Of a DNA stretch of 64,000 bases, positions 15,287 to 27,874 are shown piece after piece. The position numbers and the translations under genes are program-made. The notes beneath the pieces are model-generated. The model searched no databases. It was not told the origin of the DNA and saw nothing but the letters and a program-made list of their open reading frames with translations. This DNA comes from Epiperipatus broadwayi (taxonomy: Eukaryota; Animalia; Onychophora), in assembly GCA_028023455.1 (NCBI GenBank), contig JAQFVV010000007.1:3162001-3226000 (forward strand), in the 5' to 3' direction. Position 1 is the stretch's first letter. Every line of letters starts with the position of its first letter.

Positions 15287-18200
15287 GTATGTTTTCCTGT
15301 AATTATTCTAGGTTAAATTTATATTTGACATGAAAAAAAAATTTTTTTTTTAAATGTGTTTACTTATGATATGCAATTATGGGGATAAATTTATATGTTA
15401 GATGCGTAAAAGTAGAAAAATTTAGATACTTAATAGGTAAAATATCTAGTTAAAATTATCAGAAGTAATTAAAGAGAAGTGCTATACAGGATATTACTTA
15501 TTTAAAGTTTGAAACAAATTTATACTATGTTAATTGAGGAACTTATTCCCAATTATTCTTTATTAACGCATTCACTTAATTTAGTTCAAGATACTAGACT
15601 ACCAATTACTTGTTGAATGTTTCTTTGGCAAAGGTGAAAATTATTATGGTTAATTCTGTGATATCCATTGATTTCAGACGTTGATCTAAGTATACCCCGG
15701 AACATAAATTTAGTGTAATTAGTGTATTTGCTTGTCTTGCCCCGATATAGCATTGGTATATGCTTAAGATTCGCATAAGTAATAACTGTAATGTCTTTAT
15801 TTTGTGGGATGGAAATTGATCTCCCCAAAAGCTTTATTTTCCATGAGGGGAATAGATAAATCTAGTATTTGGGTATGTTTATAATCCAAGTGATCGCTTC
15901 TCAGAGTTAAGACAATCAGTAATTTATATCGTATTTAGTGTATTTCATTCATTAAAATCCCAGGAGGATTATAATTGGTGTGTGTTCCTATTATGCCCAA
16001 GTAAGAGGCAAGGACCCACCAAACTATTTTAATGTAGTAGTTAACTCTACAGACCTTCGGTGTTATTCCATATTCCTCATGGGAAAATAGAGATAATTCC
16101 ACCACTGAAGGTGTTGAATATTGTGTTTTGTTTAGAAAGTTATGGCAAGATAACGGGTATATTGGAGGTTAATTCCTCAAGATCCATTTAGTAAAAATAG
16201 TGTGCTAGTATATATGATCAATGTCTGGATTGTGCGGCGGAATAGTGCTGGTAATCCACACGTAAGTCAATGGAGAGAGTAAGTTTAAAATTGCGTGATT
16301 TAGAAATTTTTATTTGCCAATGGAGGGTTCAAATAATAGGTTTAATTCGGGTTAATGATTAAGTAGCACTCACAATATAACTTATACTGAGGAATACAAT
16401 GTGTATAACAACTTCAGTTGTTATTAAGGTAAACATTAAAATAATAAGTGTAACTTCTGATAAATAACCCATAAATTAAAAACTATCATTTAATTAAATG
16501 ATATGATAATAAAAAATAGTTTGTACGTATTGCCTAGAATCAAATTGTTTTTGTTTTAAAACAGATCTATAGTCAATAAAGTTAAGTAACCGTTCATATA
16601 AGATACACTAAACGGATGAGTTGATGTATCGATAATAATATTTATTTTGTTATATTCAATTTGCATAAATGTAAAAAGAAGATGAAGTAGTAGTTCGAAT
16701 TCAGGTCTAAAAGTATAGATGAATTACTGTTAGTTATATTTTGTTTTATCCATATGGGATCGAATAAATTGTATATGCTTGTTTATTATGTTAATCATAA
16801 AGGATAGTTTTGTTAAACTGTAATAATAAATTATAATCTTGTTAAAATTTAATAATAAATTATAGTCTTGTTACAAGTTGTTTTGAGTCATTTTTCTTGT
16901 GTGCTAAATAAAAGTGTATTTGCATAATACTTGCAATACTTTTCTTGAGTCCGAAATCATTTATGAAATCTTAAATTCAATACACCAGATAGACAATTGT
17001 AAGCAGATCAGAATATTTCAGTATATTTTAATTTAATAAGAATTATTTGTGGAATTGAAACTTCAGACCAGAACATTTTATTTTATGTGTGTGTAAAATC
17101 ACTTTATTCCCAAACTAGTAGGTTTTGGTTGCACATTGTTCCATACACATTTAAGTGAAGTGTCTAAGTAATAAATCTTAGTTAAATTATTGTGTTGTCA
17201 TGGATGATGGAAGGACACAAAAGCACCCTTGTCTTTTCATCATTCCGACTGAGATTCTGGATAAAATGGCTGTATTATTCAAAATTATGCGTTGTTATTG
17301 AATATGGTTATCATCTCGTTAAATATTATAATAGTTGATATGTGGATGAAGACCCCTGGAATTTAAATAAGGTAAATGTTTCCTATAGCCGACCAGAATG
17401 TCAGTCATATGCGACAACACAATACTGCCGAGCATTTTTCTTTAAAAATAACAGAGAACCCTGAGATTAGTGTCATTATTATAAGTGCTCTTACATTAAG
17501 AATTGATCAATTATGATCAACATTACAAGCGTGGCATGGCTTAAGAGATTGAAACTTCTAATTGTATAATAATAAAATATTGAGAGCATATTGGCAAATT
17601 AATGAATGTTTTATTTTAGTCGGTAATATTTACAATGACATGAAATCATCATCATCATTGTCGAACAGTGCAAGTACTTACAGCTCAGAGAATGTGTTTT
17701 GGATAGAGAAAGAATGTTAGTTTATTCTAAATTTTCTTTTTAAATTTATTTTATTAATGATAATTTTTTTTTATTCTATCTCTGTCTGAACTGCATATCG
17801 CTGTAGCTGAATTAATATAACTAACCAAACGTCGAGCTATATTAGGTAATATAGGGTTTGCTACCCGAATCATAGACGGAAGCATTTAGGATTTCCGAAT
17901 TCTCTTTATTGAATTCGCTCATTTATTTTAATAGAAGTCTTCTTTTGATAGGTTAGAATATATATATATATATGAGATGCTCTGTAAAAGGGAGATAATG
18001 GTCTTTGCCAGCTTATTGTCCCAACCAGAGTATAAGAAAATCAATGCTGAGGGAAATATATCTATGACCATTGACAATGCAATAGCTACACTTTAGGGGC
18101 ATATGTTCAGATATTATGCTCTGTATGCAAATGTGCCAAAAAGAAAACGAGTATCCAAGTGGCTACCCAGATTTCATTGACATAAAACATCCATACATCT

Positions 18201-19818
18201 ATCCACCAGTACCGATTTAACTACAAAACAATTAGCCCAAAATTAACACACCTTAAACTAAAATAATTTTACAAATCTATGCAACCATTTACACTTATTT
18301 TTAAATTATTAATTTAAAAAAAATTACGAGAATGGAAATAATAATAAATAGAAAACATATTAAAAGAAAATATAAATAATTTAAATTTCTGCTTAATCCG
18401 ATAAGAGACTTTATGTGTTAGGTACCATTTAGGTTTAAGTATTTGAATAGATTATTAAAGTATTTGAAAAGTTCTTAGATGATTAAAGTTCATACTTTCA
18501 ATGGCTGTAGGTTTATTTGAAGTCCATCTTGGTGCTTCATGATGCATCACACAATTCAAAGTTTTTTCCATTACATATAGTTCTAGGTGAAGACATGTCC
18601 ATCATTTGCCACTTTCTGGAAACCATAACTCTGAAGGTCACCTCAGCTGGTGCAAATTTGAAAAACGTAATTTATTGTGTGACCCCTACATTTTGGAGAT
18701 CCGCAATACACTTATAAAATATGTTTCAATAACACACAATCAGCAAGAGCAATCCAAATCTAAATCTCCACTTAAGCTTTCTTTTTATATCATTTTGAAT
18801 TCTTATCATCAAATTCCAGAATCGATTTTGTCTGGCTTGGCGCTGATGACTTTTCTCTGTGAACTGTGTATTTATTTCCATCATTATTGGCCAGCTTGCT
18901 TTAGAGTGGGAACTTAAAATTTTATCACTAGTATTTTTTAATTTATATCTTATCTGACTTTATGCCCAAGGGCTTGTTTGCTATTATATCAATATAGAAA
19001 ATCATTTCCATTCTAAGATTAAAAATAACTTTTAACTTTAACTAATTAACAGCTTTTTTTTAAACTCTTTTATATTAAAACAATCGTTTTTAGATTTTTA
19101 ACTTTAAATAATTATATAATTAGTTTGCCATCTGTGCATTATATATATTAATTTATAAAAATTATTAATTTCTTATATATTTTTATTTGAGGATGATTTT
19201 ATTTATACTTTTTTCTCTTTTATTTAAAAGTGATGTAACGGCATATATGTATACCGTTAGAGTATTAAGTATCCTTTGTGAAAATAGGAATGATATAAAA
19301 ACATTTTTTTTGATAACGAATAAATCAAGGAAAGGAAATTTCCCACTAGTCTTTGTTTCCATTGTAAATTTTAAATGAGATACATATAAAAAATAATTTT
19401 GAAAAATATACAAATAATAATAGAACCAAAGAAAATTTTTTAGCAACTAGTTAGAATGTGCAAGTTGCTACATTTGAAAACAGCAAAATTACTATTCAAA
19501 TTATTCAAAGAAAAAAAAATTAAATGAAATGGCTGATACGATTCAAATATGATTACAAAAATTTGTGTTGCACTGATATATAACTTTATTGATTTGTATA
19601 TATAAAACTAATTTATGAGTTAGATTTGCTCCGTGAATATTAAATTAAATACATATGCAATAACATACATGTTTTATAACCTGCTATACAAGGTTAATTA
19701 TGAGCACATTAATTGTCTCAAAAGAATTTAGCTTTCTAGGACCTTTACTTTTTAAAGCATTCGTGATAATAGTCCTACACATAAAAATAGGGTACTTTAG
19801 TATTAAAACTGCCACATG

Positions 19819-20034
19819 GAGCATATATTAGATCCATTGGGTCTGTTCACATTCATATCAATCCACTGATAACTTTGTAATCTTGTGATCTGACTAAAAT
19901 AATGTGTACATGGATCTTTGTATATAGTTTTTTCGGCAAAAAAAAAACATGTACATGGTATTTTGGCAAGAATTACAAAGTTATCAGGAGAGTGATATGA
20001 ATGTGAACAGGTGCAGTAGGTCTAATACATGCTC
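19819..20034. mobile_element. MITE-like inverted-repeat element
   Basis: Imperfect ~67-bp arms at 19819-19885 and 19967-20034 (core ctgttcacattcatatca..ctgataactttgtaat). Confidence 0.6.
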
Positions 20035-20134
20035 AGTGTTGCAGGACTAAAAATAAGTAAAAATAAAAAAAATAGTAGAACATAATACATATATAGATCA
20101 TTTTCAATAACAAATGCATTCAAATATCTAGGAG

Positions 20135-20435
20135 TTTCAACATTAACAAGTTTCCAAAAAAAAAAAAGTACAACTTTCAACATTAACAAGTTTCAAAAAA
20201 AAAAAAATGCAACTTTCAACAGCAACAACTTTTAAAAACAATATTTAAAATAAAATTTCAACATTAACAAGTTTTCAAAAAAGAAAAAAAATGTGACTTT
20301 CACAAATATGACAAGTTTCAAAAAAAAAAAAATGTGATTTTCATAAATATGTATGACTTTTAACATTAACAAGTTTCAAAAAAAAAAAGTGACTTTCAAC
20401 AGTAATACTTTTAAGAATGACATTTAAAATAAAAA
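20135..20435. repeat. Degenerate ~40-bp A-rich minisatellite
   Basis: Repeated unit tttcaacattaacaagtttc-(A)n with variants. Confidence 0.7.
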
Positions 20436-21844
20436 GTGATTAGCGATATTACAAAAATGATGCCATTAATAATAAAAAAAATAGTTTAAATACACACCAA
20501 ACACACAGTAAATGATTGATTTTTAAGTAATTTGGATAAAAATATATTAACTACATTCCTACGACACTTACCATGTAATATATAACAGGAATTTACACAT
20601 TAAAATCAAAAGTTTCACATATACTGTATTATTACCACAGAAAATGGAGATCTACAGTAAAAATTTTCACTCCAAAAATGTACCACGTGATTGCAAAATA
20701 TGCTGGGATTTTCAGAGAAGTGCTAATAAACATCTTTTTTTTTTTTTTATAAAAATATTAAACCAAAAGTACAAAAAAAAATACATATTAATTGTTAGAC
20801 TTTTATTACATTTTTATTTATCCTGGGTCTTATCAGAAAGAAATCTAGACAATAACTGAAAATGTTGAAGTATTACAAAAAAAAAATCACGTTGATAAAA
20901 AAAACATGTTTTCATGTATACTTACAGGGATTATTTTCTTTCAATTTGATTTTGTCACGGTATTACACATTTACTGTAGGTGTGAAAAGGTCTACTATCT
21001 CCCCTACATTGCAGCTTTAATACTAAAGTACCAAAAATAGGATTCATCTGTTAACAAAGATTGATTAAATAATGAAATAAATTATCTGAAATAAATGTGT
21101 ACCAAATAAATAATATTACAAATTTTTTATTTATTTGTCTTTGGGAATATTTTCATCATCTTCATTCGAGAAGTTTCTTTTTTAAATTTTTGAAAGATTT
21201 AACAAGTGTTCTGATAACAGACTGGTAAGTGCCTATCAGTTAATTGAAACTGTGAGAAATCAGATTTCCTTCTACTTTTTGAGACAGCAATCGATAAGAC
21301 CAGAGCAAAAAAAAAAAAATTTTTTTTAAAAATTATCTTGAATATTTTTTGTGTAAGATTCATAAATTGTGAATTAAATGCAATATAAAAAAAGGGTATA
21401 GAAGGAGAGAATAAATAATAGATATAAAAAAATATTTTATAATGACTGCTTTTATTTTTCATTTAAAAAAACTGTTTCTTCAATAACAATTATGGTTTTT
21501 ATAATTAACTTAAAATAAAAGTGTGGGGGAGGGTGTCTAAAATTAAGTAAAGCAATCCCTTGTTATAAAACATAGGGATTAACTTAATTTCTGGCTCCTC
21601 CCCTACACTTTTATTTCAAATTAAATATAAAAACCCCAAATGTGGTTGAAGAAACAATTATTTTTTTTAGTACAAAGTGAATAAAAGTATTGATTATATA
21701 TATATATATTATTTAGTTGTTAGCATTAAGATTGTAATCAAACATTTTTTTTTTCAATTTTAAATGATGCTAAAATACTTTTAAGGTTGAAAGTAAAATC
21801 ACGAATATTAATTCACTCTTGTTTGCTCTGTATTTAAAAAAACT

Positions 21845-21970
21845 AAGTAACCTATCTAAAATATTTTAGTGTTATATTGCATTGCCAGTGATTTATAAAA
21901 AATGTACCAAATTTGAGCAAATTGTATTGAATATTAATATATTAAACTTTGATTTGAAAATTGTATTCCA
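21845..21970 (+). repeat. Dispersed repeat; second copy at ~26490-26615
   Basis: aaatattttag.gt.atattgca.tgccag.gattt.ta.aaaatgtaccaaattt...attgaatat is shared by both loci. Confidence 0.55.
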
Positions 21971-24900
21971 ACTTCAACAAAACCATTTAAATGAAGCAAA
22001 CCACTTAACAATATACTGTAACAGTATACATATGCTGTCACATTATTTTTAAATTAAAATAAATAGGAAATAATCTTAAGTAAAAATGATTTTTAAAAAA
22101 ATAAAAACAGAAAATTAAAAGTTATATTTAACATATATATTATCGCACAGATGGAAAACTTTTTTTAAAAAAAGTATTTAAAAGTACTTTTATGTAAAAA
22201 AAAAAAGTAAAGATCTAAAGATTAGTAATTTTAGTAAAAAGTTATATAAAAGAAAATAGAAATAAATATTAATTAATTTTTATTTTAAGAATCATGTTTA
22301 ATCTTAGTAAATGGAAATGATTGTTTTATTAATTAAATGTAAAGCAAACTAGCCCTTCGGGCACTTATATGATTGTAAAGTCAGATAAGAGATATATAAA
22401 AAATAAAGATTGACCAATGCAAGCACCAAGCCATGCATGATGAAAACATCCAGATCTTAAGAACAAATGACATCATATTCGATGGATCCATAAAATTTGT
22501 GATAAGGGCTGCCTAGTAATATAAAAAGAGAAAATTATTGAATTCATTAGGTGGTTTTAATTTGACAATTAATATTGCAGCTGTATTGCGGACTCTATGA
22601 TGAAGAGGTCTTGCAATAAAATTAATTTCCTTTGCATATACCAGCTGAGGCCTCCCGATGAAGTTCCTGACCAAATGAATGGCAAGTAGTGGCTTCATTT
22701 CCAAGACGGATAATCTACAAAAGTGATCACTGGGATGGACTTTATAAATCTGCCAAAATTACAGGAAGTATAAATTGTAATAGTCAATATTGTAACAGTC
22801 AAAACACGTGTATCTCGTTAACATAGTGCAGAATTCGACCACCACACAGAACAGCAGCGCCATCGAGTAGCGAAGCCACCCGTGGTACCGAGTTCGAACA
22901 TAGTTTATCGGTTCCACAATACAATCTACGGAATAACGCCTCTGATGCGACATAAGTAAACACTTCTTTAGGCATGGTGGTCAGGGAGATGCACGAGATT
23001 CATGGTTTTGTTTCTGAGTTGGCCAACAGTCAAACGAATATTAATTAACATATATAATCGAGGAAATATGTATAATGGGCATCGAATAAATGAAAACTTA
23101 ACTACAGACGTATAGTTAAAATTATTTATTTACGTATTTAATAAAAAAAAACATTATTAATGTTATTAATCATATTTTATATTCAGAGTTTCAATAGTTA
23201 ATTGACAATTTTATTATATATAAAATACATTTATTTATAAAGAGCATTCATTTCTATGAAGGCGTAATCTAGCTACCTAAGGTTCTCGAGGGAGTATTTC
23301 TAATACGTGCTGTAGGGAATTTATACTTTGCACTGCAAGTCATCAGTAGCGGCGGACATACATTTATTTAATAAAAATATTTATTTTACGACTAAAGGCA
23401 AACATTTATTTGAGAGTGGATGATGAAGATAATGCCGAGGTGGAGTGATATAGAGAATGATAAACTAAATAAAGGAACACGTGGTACGCTTTAGAAGGAC
23501 AATATAAAATGGCAGCACTGAAACTGCAATGCCGTGAATAAGTTTATAAGGGTTTCGGGTTGGTCTCTGCCTCAACCCGAAGAGGTAAGGTGTCACATGA
23601 GCATAACCAGGGACAAGCGGTCCATGTCGCAATTTGCCAGCTGGCTGCGTGACGGTCGTCAAGCCCTACAGGAACATTATCATGTCCACTTGTGTAGGAC
23701 GACTGGGGTTAATTCAACCCTATAGAATCCGGAGTATTCACGGCGTGGAATAAGTCATCGTGGCTTCAAAACGTAACACATGTATAAGATCTAAAAGATT
23801 ATGGTAATATTTAACTAGATTTCAAACTCGGCCCCCATTATCACCATTGACTAAAAGAAAATTGGTGACTCTCAAAGAAATGAAATTTCCGTAATTATTC
23901 ATTAAAATTTAATAATCAAAAATATCTAAAAGGGGAATTATTACAGCGAGTATGCCAGCTATTACGAAGTAGTAGACCCTGCATTACAATAACTGATTCT
24001 TTGAATGCGCGTCGTATTTACATGAAATTTAAGTTATTTATAAAGCAAATATTAATGGCAATTTAACACGCATTCAATGTTCAAGCGATTATAGATTTAG
24101 ATATAAAACTAAGACAATTATGAGAAGGTAATATTTCAATAATAATTATAAATGAAGTGTAGATTTGAGAAATACACACCTAAGAAGGATAGAGGGAGGT
24201 AAGCTAGATTAAGCGAGAAATTTACAGATTACATTAATTCTCAAATTTTAGTTTCACAAAATTACAATTTTAACATTTAGACGTTAGACAAATAGTAGGA
24301 GATGTGCTATAGCTTATTATTACTAGAGTACTCTATAATTTGGAATACACACACAGGTACCTGTTTGATAAGATGTTTTCTTCCATTTGTTTAATAGTAG
24401 ATTGTTCGTGATTAGCAGTTTTCTTTCTTGTCTTTGGCATTTTATTGATTTTAGCAGCAGCGGCTTTCTTGTCTATTTCAGGTAGCAGATCATTATGGTG
24501 TTTTTACGATGGGCAATGTGGAGTTCGGCATACGGTGGGCCACCTCCCGATGGAGAATAATCTCGGTGCTTACTCGGTCATACCTTGGCAATATCAATTT
24601 ATTTTAAGATATTTTAGACTCTCCACTCGAGAGCAAAGCTAAAGTTCAAGTGAAAGTCTCCAGCAAGTCTAAGATGGTCTCCTTTTTTTATCTTGATCTT
24701 TTAATTTTTTTGTTGAGATATTTTTAGGTTTTCTTTGTCTTGCCCTCAGGATAATCAATGCTTTTGCTGGTTTTAATTAGAAAGAAATCTGCTGTGCTAT
24801 TGTTTGTTTTGTTGTTTTTTTTTTTTTTTTACATTTGTTAATTACATTTTTTTGGAATTTTTCTATAATTAATTTATTATCTATCACTGACCGATGCTTT

Positions 24901-25559
24901 TAAATTTTCAAAGACAAAAGGGAATAAAATTATTTTAACTTTAATTAATTATTGCATCAGATTTTGTTAGAATTATTATTTAACGAAATTTAAACTAAAC
25001 AATAAATACGAACTTTATAAATTCAAAATAAATGATTAATATTACACAAAATTTTATTTAGCTAAAGAAATCTAAATTATATTACTTTATCCGTATTTAT
25101 TGCCTTTAATTTGAGATCGAAATGTGTGCGTGTTTATGTTGAATTCTACATATATTTATACATTTTTAATATTGTTACACACACAACTCGATACCAAAAG
25201 TTTAAATTTGGGTGGGATAGACCGGTCAGTGAGAGACGACAGAAAAGGTGAAACTTAAGATTCGAATACGAATCTTACTGTTTCAATATCAACTTTTACA
25301 AACTTGCAATTAGTAACCTAAAGTATGAACTCTTATCTAACTTAAAGAATTCTAAGTCCCTTATTAATATTTTTTTATGTATATGTTTGCTAATCATTTC
25401 CATTTTTTTATTATTTATTTTTATCTGTTAATTAAATTATTAAATTTAAAGTTGGGTGTAGATGGCTGCATAGATTCATTAACGTTTATGTTAGTTTAAG
25501 GGGGTTTAATTTCAGACTATTTGTTTTGTAGTTGAGTCGTTGCTGGTAGAGGGCTATAT

Positions 25560-25950
25560 GGATGTTTATATCAATGTAGTGTGAAGTGTGTTAGTATACA
25601 GGGCAATGTGACCAACTGAATGCATGGTCCCAAAGGTATAGCCATATCATTGCAATGGACACATAGTATTTCCTGCGACATTGATATCCTTTTGCTCTAT
25701 GGATAAGACAGCAAGAACCGTTCTCCCTCCATATGTAGCATTTCTTTTAATGTTTTATAAATATGATTCTTTTTCCAGACAGACACACATTCCTGTACTG
25801 GATGAGGATCATTTCCTTTAAATAATATCTTGCTACAGACGCACATTCCTGTCAGTATGTTTTTATGCTAATATCATATTGCATTGGTTGGGTCTGTATA
25901 TCAGGAAGTGAGCGTTGGTTTAGCTATGAACTTTTAGCCTGAGGTTGGAT
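25560..25950 (-). mobile_element. Possible piggyBac 3-prime (Cys-rich domain) remnant
   Basis: Minus-strand fragments KKCYI... and LCVHCNDMAIPLGPCIQL loosely fit the C-terminal C..C...C.F..YH domain; heavily decayed. Confidence 0.3.
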
Positions 25951-26779
25951 GTTTTGAAAAGTTTTAATTGTGTAATCTATGTAGCTTATCTATGCTCAAC
26001 ATTCTAAAACAAAATTATATAAACTGTCCATCTGTGTGGATTTTAACTAAAGTATAAAATGATAAATTAAAGTAAGATTAATTTATTCCTCAAATTTAGT
26101 TATATGTGCGTAAATAAATATTTTGTGATTATTACTGGCAGTGGCTTATTTTATTTTATTTTTTTTTAATATTGAAATAAATGACATTTAAGAAGTTATA
26201 TTATAAATCTCAGCTACTTCTTGAGCTAGTGGCATGGGCTAACGAACAAAATTTAGATCTTAACAAGAAGTATCTACCTACATTATAAATTTTCTAGGTT
26301 CAAATAGCCTAATGGCACCCTGTATGGCCGATTTAATGAAAGTTTTATAATTCCCCAACTACTATAATACATATATGACCCTCTTACACACATTACTGAC
26401 AACTTTTTAAATTTTTTAACAACTTATTTTAAATTTGGTAATCAAAATATTTTGAATTTAATTCACACCCTGCCCTGTATTTAAGAAACTAATTAACTTA
26501 CCTGAAATATTTTAGGGTCATATTGCAGTGCCAGGGATTTGTATAAAATGTACCAAATTTCAACAAATCTATTGAATATAAATGTATTAAACCTCGATTT
26601 AAAAATTGTATTCTGAAATGTCTTAATATTATGAAATGGTAATTTGAATGTGTTATGTTTATTTATGTTATTTTGGTGCAATTCTGGTATTGGTTTAAAG
26701 CTTTACTTTTATAAGATAAATAGATTGATTTAATATTATTGAAATTGAATTACAAGTTATTCATTATCAAAGGTTTCAA

Positions 26780-27874
26780 AATGGTGGTTAAGCTTGAAGT
26801 GCAAAGATTTTCTAAGAGTGATTTAGAAAAAAATATTTGATATGAAGACTAAATCTAATAAACTTGGATGCGTTGGTTTGTTTTATTTCTCATAATATGG
26901 CTAGATCTTTCTTATGTAAGAAAAAATCTATTGTAACTGTATCTGATATTTTATCTTTAAAAAATAACAGCCAGCATATTTAAAATAATCTTTTAGTGAT
27001 GAATTTGAAAATATTAAATAATTTACATTCATTCTCTGTCATAGCAATTGATATGAATTTGGTTTATTAATTAATAAACATAATTCTACTTGAAGAAAAA
27101 TGGATTTATTACATAATTATGAATTTAGTAAGGTAAATCTTTTTTTCTTAGGCATATAACACATATTGTAAATCTCTGCTTGATCATGTATTTGTTAGAC
27201 TTGATTAGTATTTTAATTATCAATCTCATTTATCTGATTTAACCATTGTGGATCATTCTCCAATTCTTTTGAAATTATAGCTTACAATAATCTGAATATT
27301 TATTCATATGTTAATAAGCTATCACATGTTAACTAAAATAATTTATTATCTAATCAGAACTGAGCTTATGTTTTGACTTGAATGATGTAAACATGGTCTT
27401 TTTACAATTTCAGAATATTTGTACTTCTTTAATTGACAAACTGATTGATCATATTAAAGTAACTGGCAAAAAGTATTCTCCATGGATAACAGGCAATTAA
27501 TTAAAACAATTAATTTGAGCAAGTGCATAAAAAAATTCTGAAAATAATTCAATTGCTTTAAAGCAATTGAACAAGGAAATTAAGTATGAAAGTAAAAAAG
27601 CTAAATCACATTATTATAGGAAATATCTTTGTAGTAAAAATATTTCTATGAAATGGAAAACAATTGATTCTATGATTAAAAAATGTTCTAATCAAATTAA
27701 TTTCTTTAAGAATAATGATAATATATAAGAAATATAAGTCAATGAAAATTATGTTGATCTGTTTGATAATTTCTTTACATATATGCCACAGGTGGAATAT
27801 TTTATTAGTGACATGGTTTTAGAGCCTATTTCTGATTCTTTTTTATTTTATTTGGATTTTTCTCATATTCAGTG
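26780..27874 (+). mobile_element. CR1/L2-type LINE ORF2 remnant (APE plus linker), interrupted by piggyBac and resuming at 30163-30240
   Basis: Motifs LGCVGLFY, IAIDMN, SLLDHVFV, SDLTIVDHSPI and PWIT; beyond the piggyBac, KIVKDNNFVLIPILVYLFNS. Confidence 0.6.

Noticed and set aside
15586-15828. Penelope GIY-YIG endonuclease (LYRGKTSK)
   Set aside because: Only a loose YIG-like match, lacking the conserved CxxC and R..EH; no adjacent RT.
17975-18230. Cys-containing fragments reminiscent of an arachnid toxin exon
   Set aside because: Cysteines are spread over different frames with several stops; no CS-alpha-beta spacing or signal-peptide exon could be assembled.
18680-18720. Post-SET-like motif (Y)CGSPKCRG on the minus strand
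   Set aside because: Needs a frameshift, and no SET-domain sequence (e.g. GEELTFDY) lies upstream; probably chance.
20135-20435. CRISPR-like repeat array
   Set aside because: Eukaryotic context, spacers are A-runs rather than unique sequence, and there are no cas genes; it is a minisatellite.
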